Source: the human T2T-CHM13v2.0 reference genome, Homo sapiens. Taken from it: DNA of 64,000 nucleotides. Location of the stretch: the NCBI RefSeq assembly GCF_009914755.1, contig NC_060932.1. One strand, given 5' to 3'. Positions 12,019 to 26,949 of this stretch are shown here, one piece after another (position 1 is the stretch's first letter; every line of letters starts with the position of its first letter). The position numbers were made by a program, and so were the translations under genes. Under the pieces are notes generated by a model. That model had not been told where the DNA came from. It was given only the letters and a program-made list of their open reading frames with translations, and ran no database searches.

Positions 12019-13209
12019 AACCTACTCAGATTTCCATAATTCATGTGAGCTCCCCAGTATTCTTCTAATCCTTTTGATTCTGTTGCCAGGGTCATTTTCA
12101 TTGCTAACAACAAAGAATGCTAAGTGATAAAACATTGATGTCCTATGATGCTAAAAAGTAGCACCCCCATTGTGAGAAGAGAAGAACCAAAGGGTGAAGG
12201 AAATGGAGAGTTCAATCCTTTCCCTCTTACCATGTGGTGTCTCATCCATTACACACATTTCCACACAATGAAGACCCTATTAATCCGAGAAGGGTGGTGT
12301 TCAGAGTTTTTACTTAGTTAGTTTATTTGCTTCAAGTCCGAGGTTTTTGTCATTTTCTGGTACTTCGTAGCAGACAAGTGGTAGCAGGTGCTAAAGGCCT
12401 AAAGAAATTATAACAGAAAAAAACTAAGAAACATATCCACTAATTTAATTTTCTCTGAGAAGTGAGTAAACAATAGCTTTATTCAGTTTTAGTGTTAGAA
12501 CACCTGGGTCCAGCTCATAGAAAACGTGGTATCCACAAGATTATTATTTCAGAACCATTAAGTTCAACTAATTATGAATAGGGATGTGAGTACATGAAAT
12601 CCACAAAAATTAAAACCATATCTCTGAACACATTAATCCTTTTTAATATAATCAACCAAGATAAACTTGAAATGAGGCCCCTGGGGAAATTGCCAGTAAC
12701 TGCCAATTTTGCTAATGATAATGAGTTTATTTTAATTGCTAATATATTCCTAATTACTCTAGTTTTAAAATGTTTACTTCACTGTCAGTCGTCTTCTTTG
12801 ATTTGAGTTTTTTGTGAGAAGACTTTGTCATATCAGTCAACCCTTCTCACGTTGGCTGGCATCTGCTAAAAATGATCTCACCTTTTTCTGTCACACAGCT
12901 CTGTTAGGCACCATTTGTCCAAAAGCAGAGAGAGGTCTTAGCCAGAATCTTCTACAGTTCACACTTGCCCCTTCCAGCTTAGAGAGAATCGTATTTTCAA
13001 GGCTTTCATTGCCTTAATGAAGAAGACTGACAATATTTATTCTGAGCTCTACTTTTAACCTAATTTTCCACCTGCGCTGTATCTCACCTACTTGAATATG
13101 TGTGTGTGTCCAAATAATTGTGTTTCAAGAACATGGTGTAGTTAGTGTAAAGATTTCTAATTTGGGTGGGCATAAGGGTCCCATTAATCCAATGACCCAT
13201 TTTTTTCCC

Positions 13210-14400
13210 CAGCAAATAGTATTGAGTCCCTGGGGGCTGGGAATAAAGTGGTAGCCAAGATTGAAAAGATTTTGATCATCCTGAAATTTCTATACTCATT
13301 CAGAGTGAACATACAATGAACGAGTCAACAAATAAATACCACAAGAAAAGACTGAAGATGATGATATGGGCTATGAAAGAAAAGTGGAGTGATGATAGAA
13401 CGAGAGTGAAGAGCTTATTTGGGTAGTCAAAGAAGGTCATCAAATGTCATCTCTGAACGGATGACAATTGGAGTGAGACCTGAGAAGGAGAAGGAAACAG
13501 TTATGTGAAGAACAAAGGAAGACTTTTCCCAGAGAGAGAAAAATGCAAAAAATTATTAGACTGGGAGAGCCTGGTTTGCTCAAAGAACAGAAAAAGGAGC
13601 CCAACATGGTGAGGCAGGGGAGCAGGGAGGAATGGAAGGGTTGGTCAGGAAGCAAATAATCATGTTTGTAAGGAGACAAGGTGTCATTCCAAATGGGATG
13701 GGACATCTTTACATGGTTTAGAGATGATTTGTTCTCATTCACATCTTTAAAATATTGTTTTACTACACAATGCAGTATTTCCACAATACTGGATTGTGGA
13801 GTGCAGTATTCCAACACTACTGCATTGTGGAAACTGGATTATGCTATGGTGGTGGGTATGAGTGGAAAGGCTGGGAGGAGTGAGAGCAAGAAAGAAGCTT
13901 CTGCAGCAGACACCCAGGTAGATCATGAGTCAGCCGGACTAGGAGGATAGCAGTGGTGATAGAGGGAAGTGGGGATGTTTAGGACAGTTTTGAGAGAAGA
14001 GACCCTGGAACTTACTTTGAGAAAAGAGGAGGAATCAATGAAGCCTCCTACTTTCTTGCTGACTGTGTTTCCTGAAATGAAGATTGAAGGGGAAGAATGG
14101 AGAAGGAATGGATTTGAAGGTGTGTAAATAAAGATTTGGAGCATGTTAAGTTTTTGATGCCTGCCTCTGTCCTCCCACTGGCTCCTGTATTGCTACTATT
14201 ATATGTAGCATTGATCACATTTGGCTTATTAACTATCCCATCACTAGTCTGTCTCTGCTGAACTGTGAACTTCATGATGACAGAAAACTTTGCTTTTTCC
14301 ATTTTCACTTCCCCAGCACCATGCACAGTGCCTCACCCATAGAAGACACTCAATGAACCAGGAAACATTTGCTGAATGAATAATTAAATAAAAGAATACA
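13210..14400. mobile_element. L2 fragments: minus ~13210-14150, plus-strand 3' end ~14150-14400
   Basis: Purine-rich reverse L2 body, tttggagcatgttaagttt; catttgctgaatgaa end. Confidence 0.7.
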
Positions 14401-14869
14401 TGAAGGAGTCTACTCCCAGTTGTAGTCTAACTGTTGCAAAGCAGATATCAAGAAGGGAAAGCTAATAAAAATTACAAAGGATGATATACTGACAATATAT
14501 TTAGATTTTGGCTATATATATTTACAGTTATTTCCATTTAGTGCCTGCTTACATGAGTGATCAAATATCAGAATGGAAATGATTCATTCAACATATAATT
14601 TCCAAACAACCACTTTGTGCCAGGCACTCTTCTAAGCACTTGGGGGCATCAATGTATAACACAGAAAAAGATCTCTGCCCTTTGAAAGCTTACATTCTAG
14701 CAGAATAATGAAGTCATAATTATCCTGCTCTCCAGAGAGTCTTTTTTCTTATACCTTGATGATGCCAGGTGACTCTGCCTTCCCAGAGCAAGGGTTGCCT
14801 CATCTCATCGCTTCAGACAGACAGCTGTAACAGGTTCCGTCATCAGAAGGCGGACCCACACCTTCGTTG

Positions 14870-15070
14870 AGTTCTCACCAGGTGCTGCAAGCTTCCTGTG
14901 CATTCTCCTGTTTAATCCTCACCCATCGTGTGGTTGGCATTGTTGTTTCTGTTTTGCAAATGAGGAAATGGAAGTTTAAGGGATAAGTGACTTGCCCAAG
15001 GTAAGAGCTCAGGGCCTGAACTCAAATCTGCCTGACTCCAAAGCTCATGCTTTCAATCACTAAATTATGC
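14870..15070 (-). mobile_element. MIR
   Basis: ttttgcaaatgaggaaatggaag...aagtgacttgcccaaggt. Confidence 0.8.
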
Positions 15071-15599
15071 TGCTTTTGGCTTCGATATTGACCTGCATTA
15101 ACTGTATGGTAATTTACCACAGAGCCCATTACACAGCAACTGTGAAGCAGTCCCCCAGGAACTGCATGGTTTTCTTAGCTTTCTTGAGAGTATTTAAGCT
15201 AGATACAAATCATATAGGACATTAAATTACCACTAAGTTAGGATACTAAGTTACTTCATGTAAACAATGAAGCAATATAAAAATGTAACATCCTGATATC
15301 TACTCCATTACCACTCATATTTGTAATTCTTTTTTTCTAATTCTTAATATCATGCAAATAATAAAGTTTTGGTTCAAATCTGGTTCAAATGCTGCGATAA
15401 CAGCATTAATACATAGAGCCCTCATGACCTGATCACCTCATAAATGTCCCGGCTCTCAACACCGTTGCATTGAGGATTAAGTTTCCAACACAGCCACTTT
15501 GGGAGACACATTCAAACCACAGCAATTTCTCTTTCGCACTTTAGATATTACCCAACCCAGTAATCTAGACATCTGGTTCCCTGTGGGGAATATTTTACA

Positions 15600-16160
15600 C
15601 TCAGTATTGAGGACATATCTTGGCTCTGCCTACCTGGCATCCATTCTGTCTTCTGGTAACAGAACCCTGAATTTTCACGAAGGAGCTTCCCCTCTACTCT
15701 CCATGAGGGTTTGTATGGCTGACCCCACTCCAGGCTGCAGAAAAATACCCTCTCTAAGGCCTGGCCAATAACAATTCTGCCTTTCTTTAATGACAGTATT
15801 TGGTTCACGGGTGAACACATGACCCAAGCTGGGACAACAACTCAAATAATGACAACCAATGAGGGTCAAACCTGAGACTATTGCTAGAACTCTTAGGGAC
15901 ACTTATTTTTTCCTGAGGTTGTTGGCAGCTCTCTGACCACTGAAGTAGAGAAGCCTGCATGAGAATAAAGCCAACATATGGGAGAGAAGAACAAAAAGGT
16001 GGAGAGAGATCCCTGAGGACATGGTGTGCACATCTGGATCAAGCTGTACCTGAAAGTCACTCTTGGACTTTTTGTATATATGAGATCTTAATGTTCCTTC
16101 CCTTAAATTAGTTTGAGTTGGATGTCACTAACTTGCAACTGACAGATCCCTTATTAATAT
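15600..16160 (+). mobile_element. Old MLT1 LTR
   Basis: ctggatcaagctgtacctgaa...agtttgagttgg...acttgcaactga...taatata. Confidence 0.7.
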
Positions 16161-16957
16161 ACTCAGAATCACTTACGTTAAAAATACCGTTTAAAAGACT
16201 GGTGGATATTTATTCTAATTCATGTAAGGAAACTAAGAGTGTTTTGCCAGTTTCCTTAGGAGTTTAATTCAAGATAATTTAAAATAGCATTGCCTGTTTT
16301 TTCTAGAAGATTTTGAATCTGTCTCAGAAATTGTTCTTTATTTTCTGTTGTATAGGCTACTAGGAGGTATTCGTGCCTGGGTGATGTGATTAGAGAGGAA
16401 AGATGGCACATGTCACAAAATCTACAGTTACTCCTTGTTCTCCAACTGATGAGTTGTAGAGCAAGTCCTTGAGTAGCCTCTTTTGTAAAATGGGATGATA
16501 ATAAAACTTATTTTTAGGAGCTGGTTGGACATTAGAGTATTTCTATTGACGGGTTTTAGAAGCTATGAAGTACTTACAAATGTCAGCTGCCCTTATTTGT
16601 ACTTGAAATCATAGAGATGGGGGAAACTAGAGTTTTGGTGCCCAAACCTGATTATCAGAATCATCTGGGGTTTTGCTTTCTTTGTTTATTGACTTTAACC
16701 AATTTAAATTGATATATGCTTATTATATCATGTCAAAAATACAAAGATACACAAGGAAAAAGTTAATAATATCACCTCAGCAATTCAGTGTCATTCCCTG
16801 AAATGAACTGTATTGTTTCTTGTGTATCTTCCACACTCTTTTTATTGTTTTTATTACAATAGGAATATACTATATACATTAATTTAAAATTTGCTTTTTT
16901 AAAAAATTAAAATATACTATGACCATTCTCTGTGACAAGAAATAGTGATTTGACTCA

Positions 16958-17301
16958 TATACATATATGTGTGTGTGTATGTACGTGTGTGTGTGTGTGT
17001 GTGTGTATGTGTATATATATACAGAGAGAGAGACAGTGTCTCACTCTGCCACCCAGGCTGAAGTGCAGTGGCACAGTCATGGTTCACTATAGCCTTATTC
17101 AAGCAATCCTTTGCCTCAGCCTCCCAAGTAGCTGGGACTATAGACTCGCACCATTGCATCCTGTGAATATTTTTTTTCCTTTTTGTAGAGATGGAGTCTC
17201 ACTGTGTTGACCAGTCTGTTTTCAAATTCCTGGCCTAAAGTGATCTTTCTGCTTCAGCCTCCCAAAGGGCTGGGATTACAGGCATGAACCACACACTTGA
17301 C
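16958..17301 (-). mobile_element. AluJ with a (TG/TA/GA)n microsatellite replacing the tail
   Basis: Alu arms from ~17030; compound dinucleotide tract 16958-17032. Confidence 0.9.
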
Positions 17302-17369
17302 TCATATTTTTAAAAACTGCTTAATATGCATTAGTTTGAGTTATGTTACCTGCATTATTTTTAATTAAA

Positions 17370-18780
17370 TTTTAATTTTTAGATATTCAGTTTGAGATTT
17401 TTAGAAAAATTGCAAAGATAGTGCAGAGAGGTCCCATTATATAGGTATCCTGTTTCCTCTGTTATTAAAATCTTACATTGGTGATATGGTTTGACTCTAT
17501 GTCCCCACGCAAATCTCATCTTGATTTGTAATCCCCACATGTCGAGGAAGGGAGTTGATTGGATCATGGGGCAGTTTCCCCCATGCTGTTCTCATGATAG
17601 TGAGTTCTCATGAGATCTGATGGTTTTATAAGTGTTTGGAAGTTCTTCACTCTTCTCTCTCCTGCTGCCTTGTGAAGAAAGTGTCTGCTTCCCCTTCCAC
17701 CACGATTGTAAGTTTCCTGAGGTCTCCTTACCCTTGCCGAACTGTGAGTCAATTAAACTTCCTTTGTTTATAAATTACCCAGTCTCAGGAAGTATCTTTA
17801 TAGCAGTGTAAAAATGGACTGATACAATTAGCATACTATATTTGTTACAATCAAATAATCAATGTTGATACATTATTATGAAATAAACTCCACATTTTAT
17901 TTAGATTTCCTTAGCCATTACCTAATGTCAGTTTTGTATTTCAGGATCCAACCCAGGTTACCACATTTCATTTAGTCCATCTCCTTAGGCTCCTCTTCGC
18001 CATGACAGTTTCTCAGGCTCCTCTTGTTTTTGATCATTTATTTGCCAGTTTTACAAAGTACTGGTTAAGTATTTTGTAGAATGTCCTTCAGTTGGGATTG
18101 ACTGCTGTGTTTCTTGTGATTAAACTGGTTAATGGGTTTCTGAGAGGAAGACTGCAGAGATAAAGTGCCATTTTCATAACATCACGGGTATTGGCCACAT
18201 GATGTGTCACTGCTTACGTTGGCCTTGATCACCTGGCTAAAGTAGTATTTGTCAGATTTCTTCTCTGTAAAGTAACTCTTTCCACCTCCCTCCTCCCTGC
18301 CTCTTTTCCATTCTATATTCTTTGGAAGAAAGTCACTATGTGTAGCCCACACTTAAGGAGTGGGAAGTTGTGCTGCACTCCTCAGTGTGTAGTATCTGTA
18401 GATTATTTGAACTTCTTCTCCATAGGAGAAGAGTTTATTCTTCTCCATTAACTTAGTTATTTCATTACTTATTTATATCAGTATAGACTCATGGATATTT
18501 ACTTTATACTTTGGGTTAGAATCCACTATTATTTTAATTTATTGTTCAAATTAGTTCATCTTTGACCATTAGAAACTCTTTCAGTTGGTTTCTAGGTCAT
18601 TTTGACCTATACCTGTCATTATGAGTTTGGTTATTTGTTTTGTTTTGATCACTTCCTTAATTTCTGGCACTACAAGACAGCCCAGGCTCATCTTGTATGT
18701 TTCATATCTCCAGTCCTAGAATCAGTTATTCTCCAAGGATCCTTGGTTTCTTTCATTGGAGAATGGTATTGGAAACCAAG
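17370..18780 (-). mobile_element. L1M (MC/MD-like) 3' end interrupted by THE1/MST LTR (17482-17826, +)
   Basis: agaaaaattgcaaagatagt...caggatcca...aagtgccatttt; LTR tgatatggttt...ggactgataca. Confidence 0.8.
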
Positions 18781-18784
18781 ATGG

Positions 18785-19130
18785 GTTCTCACACTGCTAA
18801 AAAGACATACCTGAGACTCGGCAATTTATACAGAAAAAAGTTTCACTGATTCACAGTTCTGCATGGCTGGGGAGGCCTCAGGAAACTTACAATCATGGTA
18901 GAAGGGGAAGCAGGCACAGTCTTACATGGCAGCAGGTGAGAGAGAGACTTTTTTTTAAATAAACTACCATTTATGAAACCATCAGATCTGGTGAGAATTC
19001 ACTCATTATCATGAGAACAGCATGGGGGAAACCACCCCCATCATCCAGTCACTTCCCACCAGGTCTCTCCCTAAACACCTGGGGATTACAATTCAAGGTG
19101 AGATTTGGGTGGGGACACAAGCCTAACCAG
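18785..19130 (-). mobile_element. MSTA-like LTR
   Basis: ggctggggaggcctcaggaaacttacaatcatgg...gagatttgggtggggacaca. Confidence 0.88.
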
Positions 19131-22100
19131 AGGAAGGCCCATGTGGCTGGAGGATTATGAACAAGGGGGATGAGTGGTTTTAGATGAGACTACAGAGCAG
19201 ACCACGTGGGAGATGCAGCCGCCTCGCCTATGATCCATATCAAAATGTTTGGAGATCATTTTTTGGAACATGGAGAAACAAACCCATGGTCTAAGTAGAA
19301 GAGTGATGTAATATAATTTACTTTGAAAGAGACTCTTCTGGCTGCTATATGAAAAAGAGAGTAGTAGGGGGCTGGGTGAGAAAGTAAGAGTAGAAGTAGG
19401 GAGACCAGTTTGGAGGCTAATGATACTGTTTTACGGAAGTAGTGACAGAGAAAATAGTGACAAGTAGTGACTGTTGTATAAACTGGGGTGGGGGGTAGGG
19501 AGCCAACAGGGCTTCCTGATTATTTGATTGGAGGTTAAGGTAAAGAGAGAACTCAAGGATGACCACCCAAGTCATGGAAATGAACTAATTTCCTTTTAAA
19601 AAACAATTTGTATCATAAATATGCCTAACTCTCCCAGGGACGTTAGTCATTCAATTCCCCTGCTGGGCTTGAGTTTCCTCATCAATAAAAGAGGAGGTTG
19701 GATCAGATCATTTTAGAGTGTCCATCAGCCTGATGAGCTTCCAAGCTGGCCAACCTGCAGAACTGCATGCAGCCAGGCACAGCTCTTAAATTGTTAGCAC
19801 TGAGAGATTTTGATCCAGGAGTAAGGAGTCAGTGGTGAAGACAAATGCACGCAGAACAAGTGGTATTTCTGACATGTAGGTATTGATATAGCCTAGTCAT
19901 TAGGCAGCCAAAATCCAGCTCTGACCCAGTGCCTTGTGAAGGTGCTCAAACCCTTGAACCACTTCTTCACCCTGTGCAGGTCTTCTATCTCCAACCTGAC
20001 CCTCTCCCAATTCCCAGCTACCTATGTTCCCAGGTCCATTCGCAACCTCCACCTTGCCAAGGGCAAGCATTACTCATTCCTGACTTTCCTTTCCTCCCTG
20101 TTTCCCTGAGGGGAGGAAAGTGTCCATTTGAACCAATCGTGTATGATGGCAGAAGGAATAGAAACATGCTAAGCTGATTACAACACATGAGCTTATTATA
20201 GCTCAGAACCAAAAAAGCATTCCTGATTTCTTCTCATCTACAAATGCATGTATCTATAAGGAGCAGCTTCCATCAATGGAAAATGGACACATCAACAACT
20301 CTAGGACAGAACCACATCACAACCTGGTGACTCCAAGTCCATCATGCTGGTGAGTGAGCCAGGTGGGGACAAAGAATGCAGGTGGCTGCAGCAGCAGGCT
20401 GGAAGTGCCCTCCCTCTGATGACTGCAGAACCAGGAAGGAGAATGAAGGGCAATGGAGAAGGGGACCCAGGGACAGAGAGAAAGCAAGACATGGGAGATG
20501 AAAAAAAGCCACAGATTCAGAGTGAGCATATGCACACAGGAACAAAAGACAACGGAAAAATGGAGGGAGAAAGCATTTCACTACTATTGTTTCATTCTTT
20601 CCATATGGACAGATGCCATTGCTTTATTCAACAAATATAGAATACATACATGTGTATGTGCATATTTATGTATATCCACAATACGAATGTATGTAAGTAT
20701 ATAAAAACATGTTTTATGTAAATGTAATGTATGTGAGTGTGTGTGTGTGTGTGTGTGCGTGTGTATATTACATAGTTATACTAGGTACTGGGCACTGTTC
20801 TTGGTGTTGGAGATACAGCAGTAAGACAACTAGAACAAAAAAGAGTGCCTGCCCTCAAGAAGCTTATATTAATACAGGAAGATATAGCAAACTAATAAAC
20901 AGGTAATTTCATGGCATGTCAGGTACTACTAAGTGCTATTGGGGTGGGGGAAAGTAAGCAGAGGAAGGAGATGTGAGTGCTGGGAGGGTTGCTTCCTTAT
21001 TTAGGAGAAGGTGACATTTGAGAATGGACAGTATGGATGTCTTGGGAGACAGTTGCAGACAGGGGAGCAGCAAATGGCAATGCCTGATGAGGAGAGTGCT
21101 CAAACATGCCCAGGGAAGGGCATGGTGACCCACCTGCTTAAGTGAGTATTGGATGAGGACAGAGATGGAGCTGGAGCCACAGCATGTGGAGACTTGAAGG
21201 CTTTGAGAACTTTGGCTTTTCCTTGAGGGACATGGGAGCAATTGGAAGATTTGAGCAAAGGAATGTTATACTCTGATTTTTATTATAACGGGATCACTGT
21301 GGCTACTATGTTGACAGTATGCTCTAGGAGCAAAGATCAGAAGCAATGACATCAGCTGAAGAGGCAATTGCAGTAAATTAAACAAGAGGGGATAATAACC
21401 TTGAAGTTGGTAAGCAGGGGTAAGCTATATTTTCAAGGTGGACCCAACTGAAGGATCCTGTGCATCAGATGTGGATATGGAAATTAATATAGAAAAGAAA
21501 TTAGAGTGGATATAGGTTGTAAGAGAAAGAAAGGAATTGTTGTGGACTCAGTTGTGTCCTCCCACCCAAATTTGTACAGAGTTAATGAAATTAAGGTAAG
21601 ATCATCAGTGTGGGCCTAATCCAATATGACTGGTGTCCTCATAAGAAGGGGAAAAATTGGACACAGACACAGACACATAAGGGATGTGAAGATGCAGGGA
21701 GAAGATGGCCATCCACAAGCCAAGAGGGGAGGCCTCAGAAGAAACCAACCCTGCCGACACCTTGATCTCAGACTTCTAGCCTCCGTAACTGTGAGAAAAT
21801 ACAGCTTTGTTGTTTAAGCCACTAAGTTTATAATACTTTGTTACAGCAACCCTAGCAAACTAATACAGGGCAAAGATGAATCCTAAATTTTTAATTTGTA
21901 AAATTGAATGATGCCACTGCCATTAACTAAGATAGTGAAGACAGTAGAGGGACAGATTTGGAGGAAGTGGGAACTACAAACTCTATTTTGGACATGTCAA
22001 GTTTGAGATATGTCTTAGCCATCCAGATGGAAATTTTGAGAATTAACTTTGGCATATGCATGAGAAACAGAGGTCCAGGCTGGAGATCTAGTTGGAGGAG

Positions 22101-23450
22101 TCATGGTTTACAGAGGTGTTTACAATCGTGAGTATGGATGGCACCACTCTAGAAGTGAGTTTAGGCAGAGAAGAGGTCTGGCATACTCCAAAATTTAAAT
22201 GCTGAAAACATGTGGAAGAATTACCAAAAGAGATATAAAATGAGTTTGGTAAATTGAGAAGCCAAGTGGGAAAAGTGCTTTAAGAAGGAGGGAGTCATTA
22301 CTTCAAATACTGCTAGGTCAAGTCAAAATGTGGACTAAGAACTGACCATTGGATTTAACAACATTGAAGGTTGTTGACGTCTTTAACATGGGCTACTTGC
22401 ATGGACGGTAGGAGTCAAATCCTAATTGGGGTGGGTTTGAGAAAGACTTGAAAGAGAAGAAATGGAGACAAATAAGCACAGAACTCAAATCTACCAAGGA
22501 ATTTTGCTGCTACTGTAAGCAGAGGAATGGAGGAGGGGAATTGTTCTAAGCAACGAAGAATCAAAAGAGGTCTTATTTAAGACAGGTATTATTACAACAC
22601 GCTGGCATGCTGCTGCTGTAGGAGGGAGGGGACAATTCCTGGAGCAATTTTTATAAGTAGATAAGAGAGGGTGGGCTGCAATGCATGAGTGGTAAATTGG
22701 CCTTAGACAGCAGCAAGAACTTTCCTTCTATAGAAACAGGAAGGAAGGCAGAGTAGGAACAGATGCCCGTAGGTGGGATATATGAGGTGGCAATAGCTAG
22801 CTGTATCTTCATAATTGTTTCTATTTTCTCAGTAAAATAGAAACGAAGGACATCATCTAAGAATGAGACTGGGCGAGGAGGTACTGAAGCTTTGAGGAGA
22901 GAGGATAAGTATGAAATAATCACCCGGGGAATGGGAGAGTGAATTAATAGGACTTAGTAAGATGATTGCGAGGCACCACCAAACACACCATGAGGCTGTG
23001 GTTATGAATTCAAAGAAAGGCCCGATGTGTGTTTTTTTCACAAGGCATGTTTAGCATGTGGGTGAAGCTGAATAATAGTTAGAGTATTCGATTCAACCAG
23101 AATTAGAGTTTAACCCGGAAAGTACAATGAATGAAGAGAGATACAAGGGAATGATTTTATTGACAGCACATGGAATCTAAGCTGAATAAGAACACAAAGG
23201 AATATATGATTGAGGATAAGTGAAAAGGTGTCAGGACCAGTGGAATTTGATCCCAGTCATTGAAAAATTATTGGGAGAAAGAATGAGCTGGAAAGATGGT
23301 GATGGTTAAAAGTGGAATGTTCGATATTGATGGCATGGGGGAGGTGCAGTTATGGGAATGACAAGGTCCAGGCTTGACTGTGAGTGCATATGCCTAACTT
23401 GGGGTTAGGATACAAAGTTATAAGCAGGAAAGAAGCAGAGAAAGTGGGTT
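19130..23450 (-). mobile_element. Fragmented L2 (19130-19580, 20620-21535, 21870-23450) interrupted by MLT1B LTR (21538-21867, +)
   Basis: ttttggacatgtcaagtttgagat, gactaagaactgaccattggattta; MLT1B taatccaatatgactggtgtcct. Confidence 0.75.
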
Positions 23451-23454
23451 GCCA

Positions 23455-24640
23455 GGAAAAATGCACATGAAAAGATAATCAACATCATTATCCATCAGGG
23501 AAATACAAATCAAAACCACAATAATATACCACTTCACATCCACTCAGAGTTGGCTAGAATAGAAAAGATAGATATTATGAAGCATTGGAGAGGATGTGGA
23601 GAAACTGGAACAATCACACGCTGTGGCTGAGAATACATAATAGTACACTCACTTTGAAAAGCAGTTGGCATTTTTTTTTAAGTTAAGCACAAATTGACCA
23701 TATGACCCAGCAATTTCATTCCTAGGTATCTCATAAAGTCATGTATGTGAATTTCATAGCAGCATTTTTCATAACCAAAGGGTAGAAACAGCCAAAATGT
23801 CCATCAATTGGTGAATGGATAAACAAATGTGATATATTTACACAGTAGAATACTATTCTACTATAAAAAGTAATGAAGTAGAGATTCATGTTGCAGCATG
23901 GGTATGCCTTGAAAACATTATGCCACATGAAATCAATGACAAGATTGGGTAAAGAAAATGTGGTGCATATACACCATGGAATACTATGCAGCCATAAAAA
24001 AGAATGAGATCATGTATTTTGCAAGAACTTGAATGGAGCTGGAGGCCATTATTCTTAGCAAATGAATGCAGAAACAGAACACCAAATAACACATGTTCTC
24101 ACTGATAAGTGGGAACTAAATGATGAGAACGCATGGACCCAATGAGGGGAACAGCAGACACTGAGGCCACTTGAGGGTAGAGGGTGGGAGGAGGGAGAGG
24201 AGCAGAAAAAATAACTGTTGGGTACTAGGCTTAGTACCTGGACACAAAATAATCTGTACAACAAAGCCCCATGACATGACATGAGTTTACCTATGTAACA
24301 AACCTGCACATGTACCCCTGAGCCTAAAATAAAAGTTAAAAAAGTTAAAAACACAAAGACCGCATATTGCATGATTCCATTTACATGAAATGTCCAGAAT
24401 AGGCAATTTTATAGACTGTTAGTAGGTTAGTGGTTAGTAGCCTGGGGCTGAAGGATGGGAATGACAAGTGACTGCAAATGGCAGAGGGATCTTTTTGGGG
24501 GTGATATAAGTTTTCTAAAGTTGGACTGCAGTGATGCCTGCATAACTGTAAAACTAAAAATCATTAAATTGTATACTTGAAACAACTGAATGTTACCTTG
24601 TATAAATCATAACTCAATAAAGCAGTTTTTAAAAAATATC
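23455..24640 (+). mobile_element. L1MB-like 3' end with a nested younger L1 3' end (~23948-24350)
   Basis: atcagggaaatacaaatcaaaaccaca; atggaatactatgcagccataaaaaagaatgag; aacctgcacatgtacccctga. Confidence 0.88.
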
Positions 24641-24645
24641 CAAAA

Positions 24646-25237
<592 letters not shown>

Positions 25238-26084
25238 TTAATAAAATGTATGTATTTATAACTTGTCTTTAATTATCACAACATCCCTGTGAGATAGGCA
25301 GGGAAGCACAAGTGGAAAACATCCTGGACTTGGAGGCAGACCTCACCTTGACTCCTCCAGTGGTTGACAATTGACCTCAAGCAAGTGACTCACCCTCTTG
25401 GACCCTCACCTGTAAAATGGGAACTATAATTCCTATCAACCTCGCAGCACAACATAAGGCAGAGTGTTCTGAGCATGAGACTAGAGTAAGTATGCACAAA
25501 CCTATCCCACACTTCGTAATAGACCATGGAAAGCTCTTATCCTCATATACTCTTCATTTGTGCTAACGAGAAACCTGAATTTCAGAGAGGTTAGATGATT
25601 TTCCCAAAACCACACAGCACTACAAGAGAACATAGATCTTCTGACCCCTCCCAGCCAGCTGCCCACCCCTTGCAAAGCTGCTTCTCAGGGGCAACTCTCT
25701 TCCAGGGTTTCTATGCTGACTCTGAAACATAAATAATAGACAAGCATTCAGTTCCCTTTGGTACTGTGAAATCATCACACCAGAGAATTTCTAAAGCTAA
25801 ATTACAATGTGCCTGGTATAAAGAGGGCATCTTGAATAATCTGGGCACAGTCAATATTTCCACCACATGCCATGCCACCTGAAGCTCTCTTTCTCTGCAC
25901 CAGACACAATATATTCCTTGCCAGTTCACTAATGGGTCATATCCAGCCATCCACTCCTTAAGCAATTACTTATTTCTGGAGCTTCTGTTCTGGTGAAAAA
26001 AATAGGGCAGAACAGAGAGGAACCAAGAACCAAACCAAACCAACAAAAATCACACACCACAAATGAATAAGAATGATAATTTCT

Positions 26085-26444
26085 GACTGGGCACGATGGT
26101 GCACACCTGTAATCCCAGCACTTGGGAGGCCGAGGCGGGCTGATCACCTGAAGTCAGGAGTTCAAGGCCAGCCTGGTGAACATGGCGAACGCTGTTTCTA
26201 CTTAAAATATATATATGTATATATATATATTTTGTGTGTGTGTATATATATATATACACACACACAAAAAAAAAAAATTAGCCGGGCGCCATGGCAGATG
26301 CCTGTAATCTCAGCTATTTGGGAAGCTGAGGCAGAAGAATTGCTTGAGTCCAGGAGGCAGAAGTTACAGTGAGCTGAGATCACACCACTGCACTCCAGCC
26401 TGGGCAACAGAGTGAAACTCCGTCTCAAAAAGAAAAAAAAAAAA
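26085..26444 (+). mobile_element. AluS with TA/TG/CA microsatellite in the middle linker
   Basis: TSD aagaatgataatttctg at ~26069 and ~26443. Confidence 0.95.
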
Positions 26445-26949
26445 GAATGATAATTTCTGATAATGAGATAGTTGTGTGACCAGGGGTGGCGTGCATGAAT
26501 AGGGAGAACATCCCTAAGATGCTAGGGACATCCTCTCTGTGGGGGAGGTATTTGCATGATGAGAGGAAGTTGGCCCTGAGAAGTTCAGAAAGAAGAATGT
26601 TTCTGCCTGAGTGTCCTACAAGTGCCAAAGCCTTCAGGTAGAGCTGAGCTTGGTGATGTTATAAGAACAGAAAGGGGAGCAGTGCTAGGCGCTGTGATGT
26701 ACTAAGCAAGAGGAAATGTAAGGTGGGATTGAGGGTAATTAACAAGGAAGCCATGTGGCCTGATGTCAGCTTTAGAGAGATCACTGTAATTGCTGTGTGG
26801 AGACTGCAGCCTGGAAGAGTGAAAAGAGGGAAGGCCAGGTAGAAAACTTTCTCTGCCCTGGAATAAGTTGCTCCCTTTCCTTCAAATATCCTTTCCCATT
26901 TTCCTTACCTGCCAAACTCACTCACTCACTCTTTTTTTTTCAAGAGCAC

